Assembly (NCBI GenBank): GCA_951406725.2
Contig: OX597829.1
Span: 55,056,001 to 55,120,000, forward strand
Length of the DNA: 64,000 bases
Direction of reading: 5' to 3'
Origin: Octopus vulgaris
Taxonomy: Eukaryota
Made by a program: the position numbers and the translations under genes. Below, piece after piece: positions 62,908-64,000 of this stretch; position 1 is the stretch's first letter; every line of letters begins with the position of its first letter. Under the pieces are notes generated by a model, which saw only the letters and a list, made by a program, of their open reading frames with translations, did not search any database and had not been told where the DNA came from.

Positions 62908-63240
62908 GCGCTGCCCCGACGGGCCTCCATGCTGGTGGCACGTAAAAAGCACCATCCGATCATGGTCATTGCCAGCCTTGCCTGGCCCCCGTGCAGGTGG
63001 CACGTAAAAAGCACCATCCGATCATGGTCATTGCCAGCCTCGCCTGGCACCTGTGCCAGTGGCACGTAAAAAGCACCCACTACACTCACGGAGTGGTTGG
63101 CGTTAGGAAGGGCATCCAGCTGTAGAAACATTGCCAGATCAGATTGGAGCCTGGTGCAGCCTCCTGGCTTTACCAGACCCCAGTCAAACCGTCCAACCCA
63201 TGCTAGCATGGAAATCAGACGCTAAATGATGATGATGATG
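62908..63240 (+). mobile_element. SINE family A copy
   Basis: Same body and tail, with three tandem ~62-bp internal units. Confidence 0.85.
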
Positions 63241-63252
63241 ATATATATATAT

Positions 63253-64000
63253 ACATGAGGTGGTATCAAAAAGTTCCCAGATTAATCCTGTAGTACTCCA
63301 ACAGATGCAGATGACTGCACACACTTGCATGCACAGTGATAGCTAGCAGTAACCTTCCTGAGGCAGTGTGTTGAGTGACATTTGCTGTATTTACTTTGCA
63401 AGTTGTGAAATTTGGGTTTTTGTGATCATGTGTATGCTATTGACTGCAATTTTATCATATATGTTTCAAAGTCTGTCAAGATCTCTGTCAATGTGTCGCT
63501 AATGACCCATCATTCATGCTGTGAATCATCACTGGTGATGAGAGTTATGTCTATGAGTACGACCCTGAGATGAAGCAGCAATCAATTACAATAGAAGAGC
63601 TCTTCATCTCCATGTCCAAAGAAGGCATAACAGAACAGCAGCTCAATCAAGAGCGTGCTCATCGCTTTTGTTTTTTTACATCTGCAGTATTGTGCATTGA
63701 GAATTTGTGCCCCAGGGCCAAACTGTCAATTGAAATTTCTACTGTGAAGTTTTAAAGCATTTGAGGGATGACATTTGACGGAAGTGACCGGATCTGTGGA
63801 GCACAAAGAATCGAATTCTTTATACCGACAATGCACCCTGTCACTGAGCTCTCCTCACTAATTTTTTTTTTCTAGATTTAACGCTCACCCTATTTGCCAG
63901 ATTTAGCACCTGTGGATTTCCATCTCTTCCCCCAAGACTAAAATGCAGCTCAAAGGTCACTGTTCTAATAATGTTGCTGAGATCAAGAGAAAATTGCAGA
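63253..64000 (+). mobile_element. Mariner relic, irritans-like, running off the window end
   Basis: TIR-like catgaggtggtatcaaaaagt after TA; IITGDESYVYEYDPEMKQQS, DNAPCH and PDLAPVDFHLFP..KMQLKG fragments. Confidence 0.85.

Noticed and set aside
62908-63080. Tandem units resembling a CRISPR array or HDV-like ribozyme (GCCAG-CCTCGC-CTGGC)
   Set aside because: This is a eukaryotic SINE with no unique spacers, and the HDV P1 and P2 pairings could not be built.

Overview
AT-rich, microsatellite-dense eukaryotic DNA. The repeat families point to an octopus or other coleoid genome, which is an inference. The only host protein-coding gene is Rab9. Its single coding exon is 28891-29508 (+), with a likely promoter near 2.6 kb, candidate 5'UTR exons across about 26 kb, and a long TE-poor 3' region. 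The rest is a transposon patchwork: tRNA-derived SINEs, two mariner relics, a gypsy relic, HERO-, Tx1-, RTE- and R4-like LINE fragments, hAT- and piggyBac-like MITEs, a Helitron, and two Penelope-like (GIY-YIG) fragments. The most striking signal, invisible in the ORF track, is about 14 type-I hammerhead ribozyme motifs from several dissimilar sequence families. Three have intact cores, several lie in ORF-less inverted cassettes next to (TA)n, and one is fused downstream of a tRNA-like Pol III promoter. All folds were read by eye and none was computed or tested. TE boundaries are approximate.
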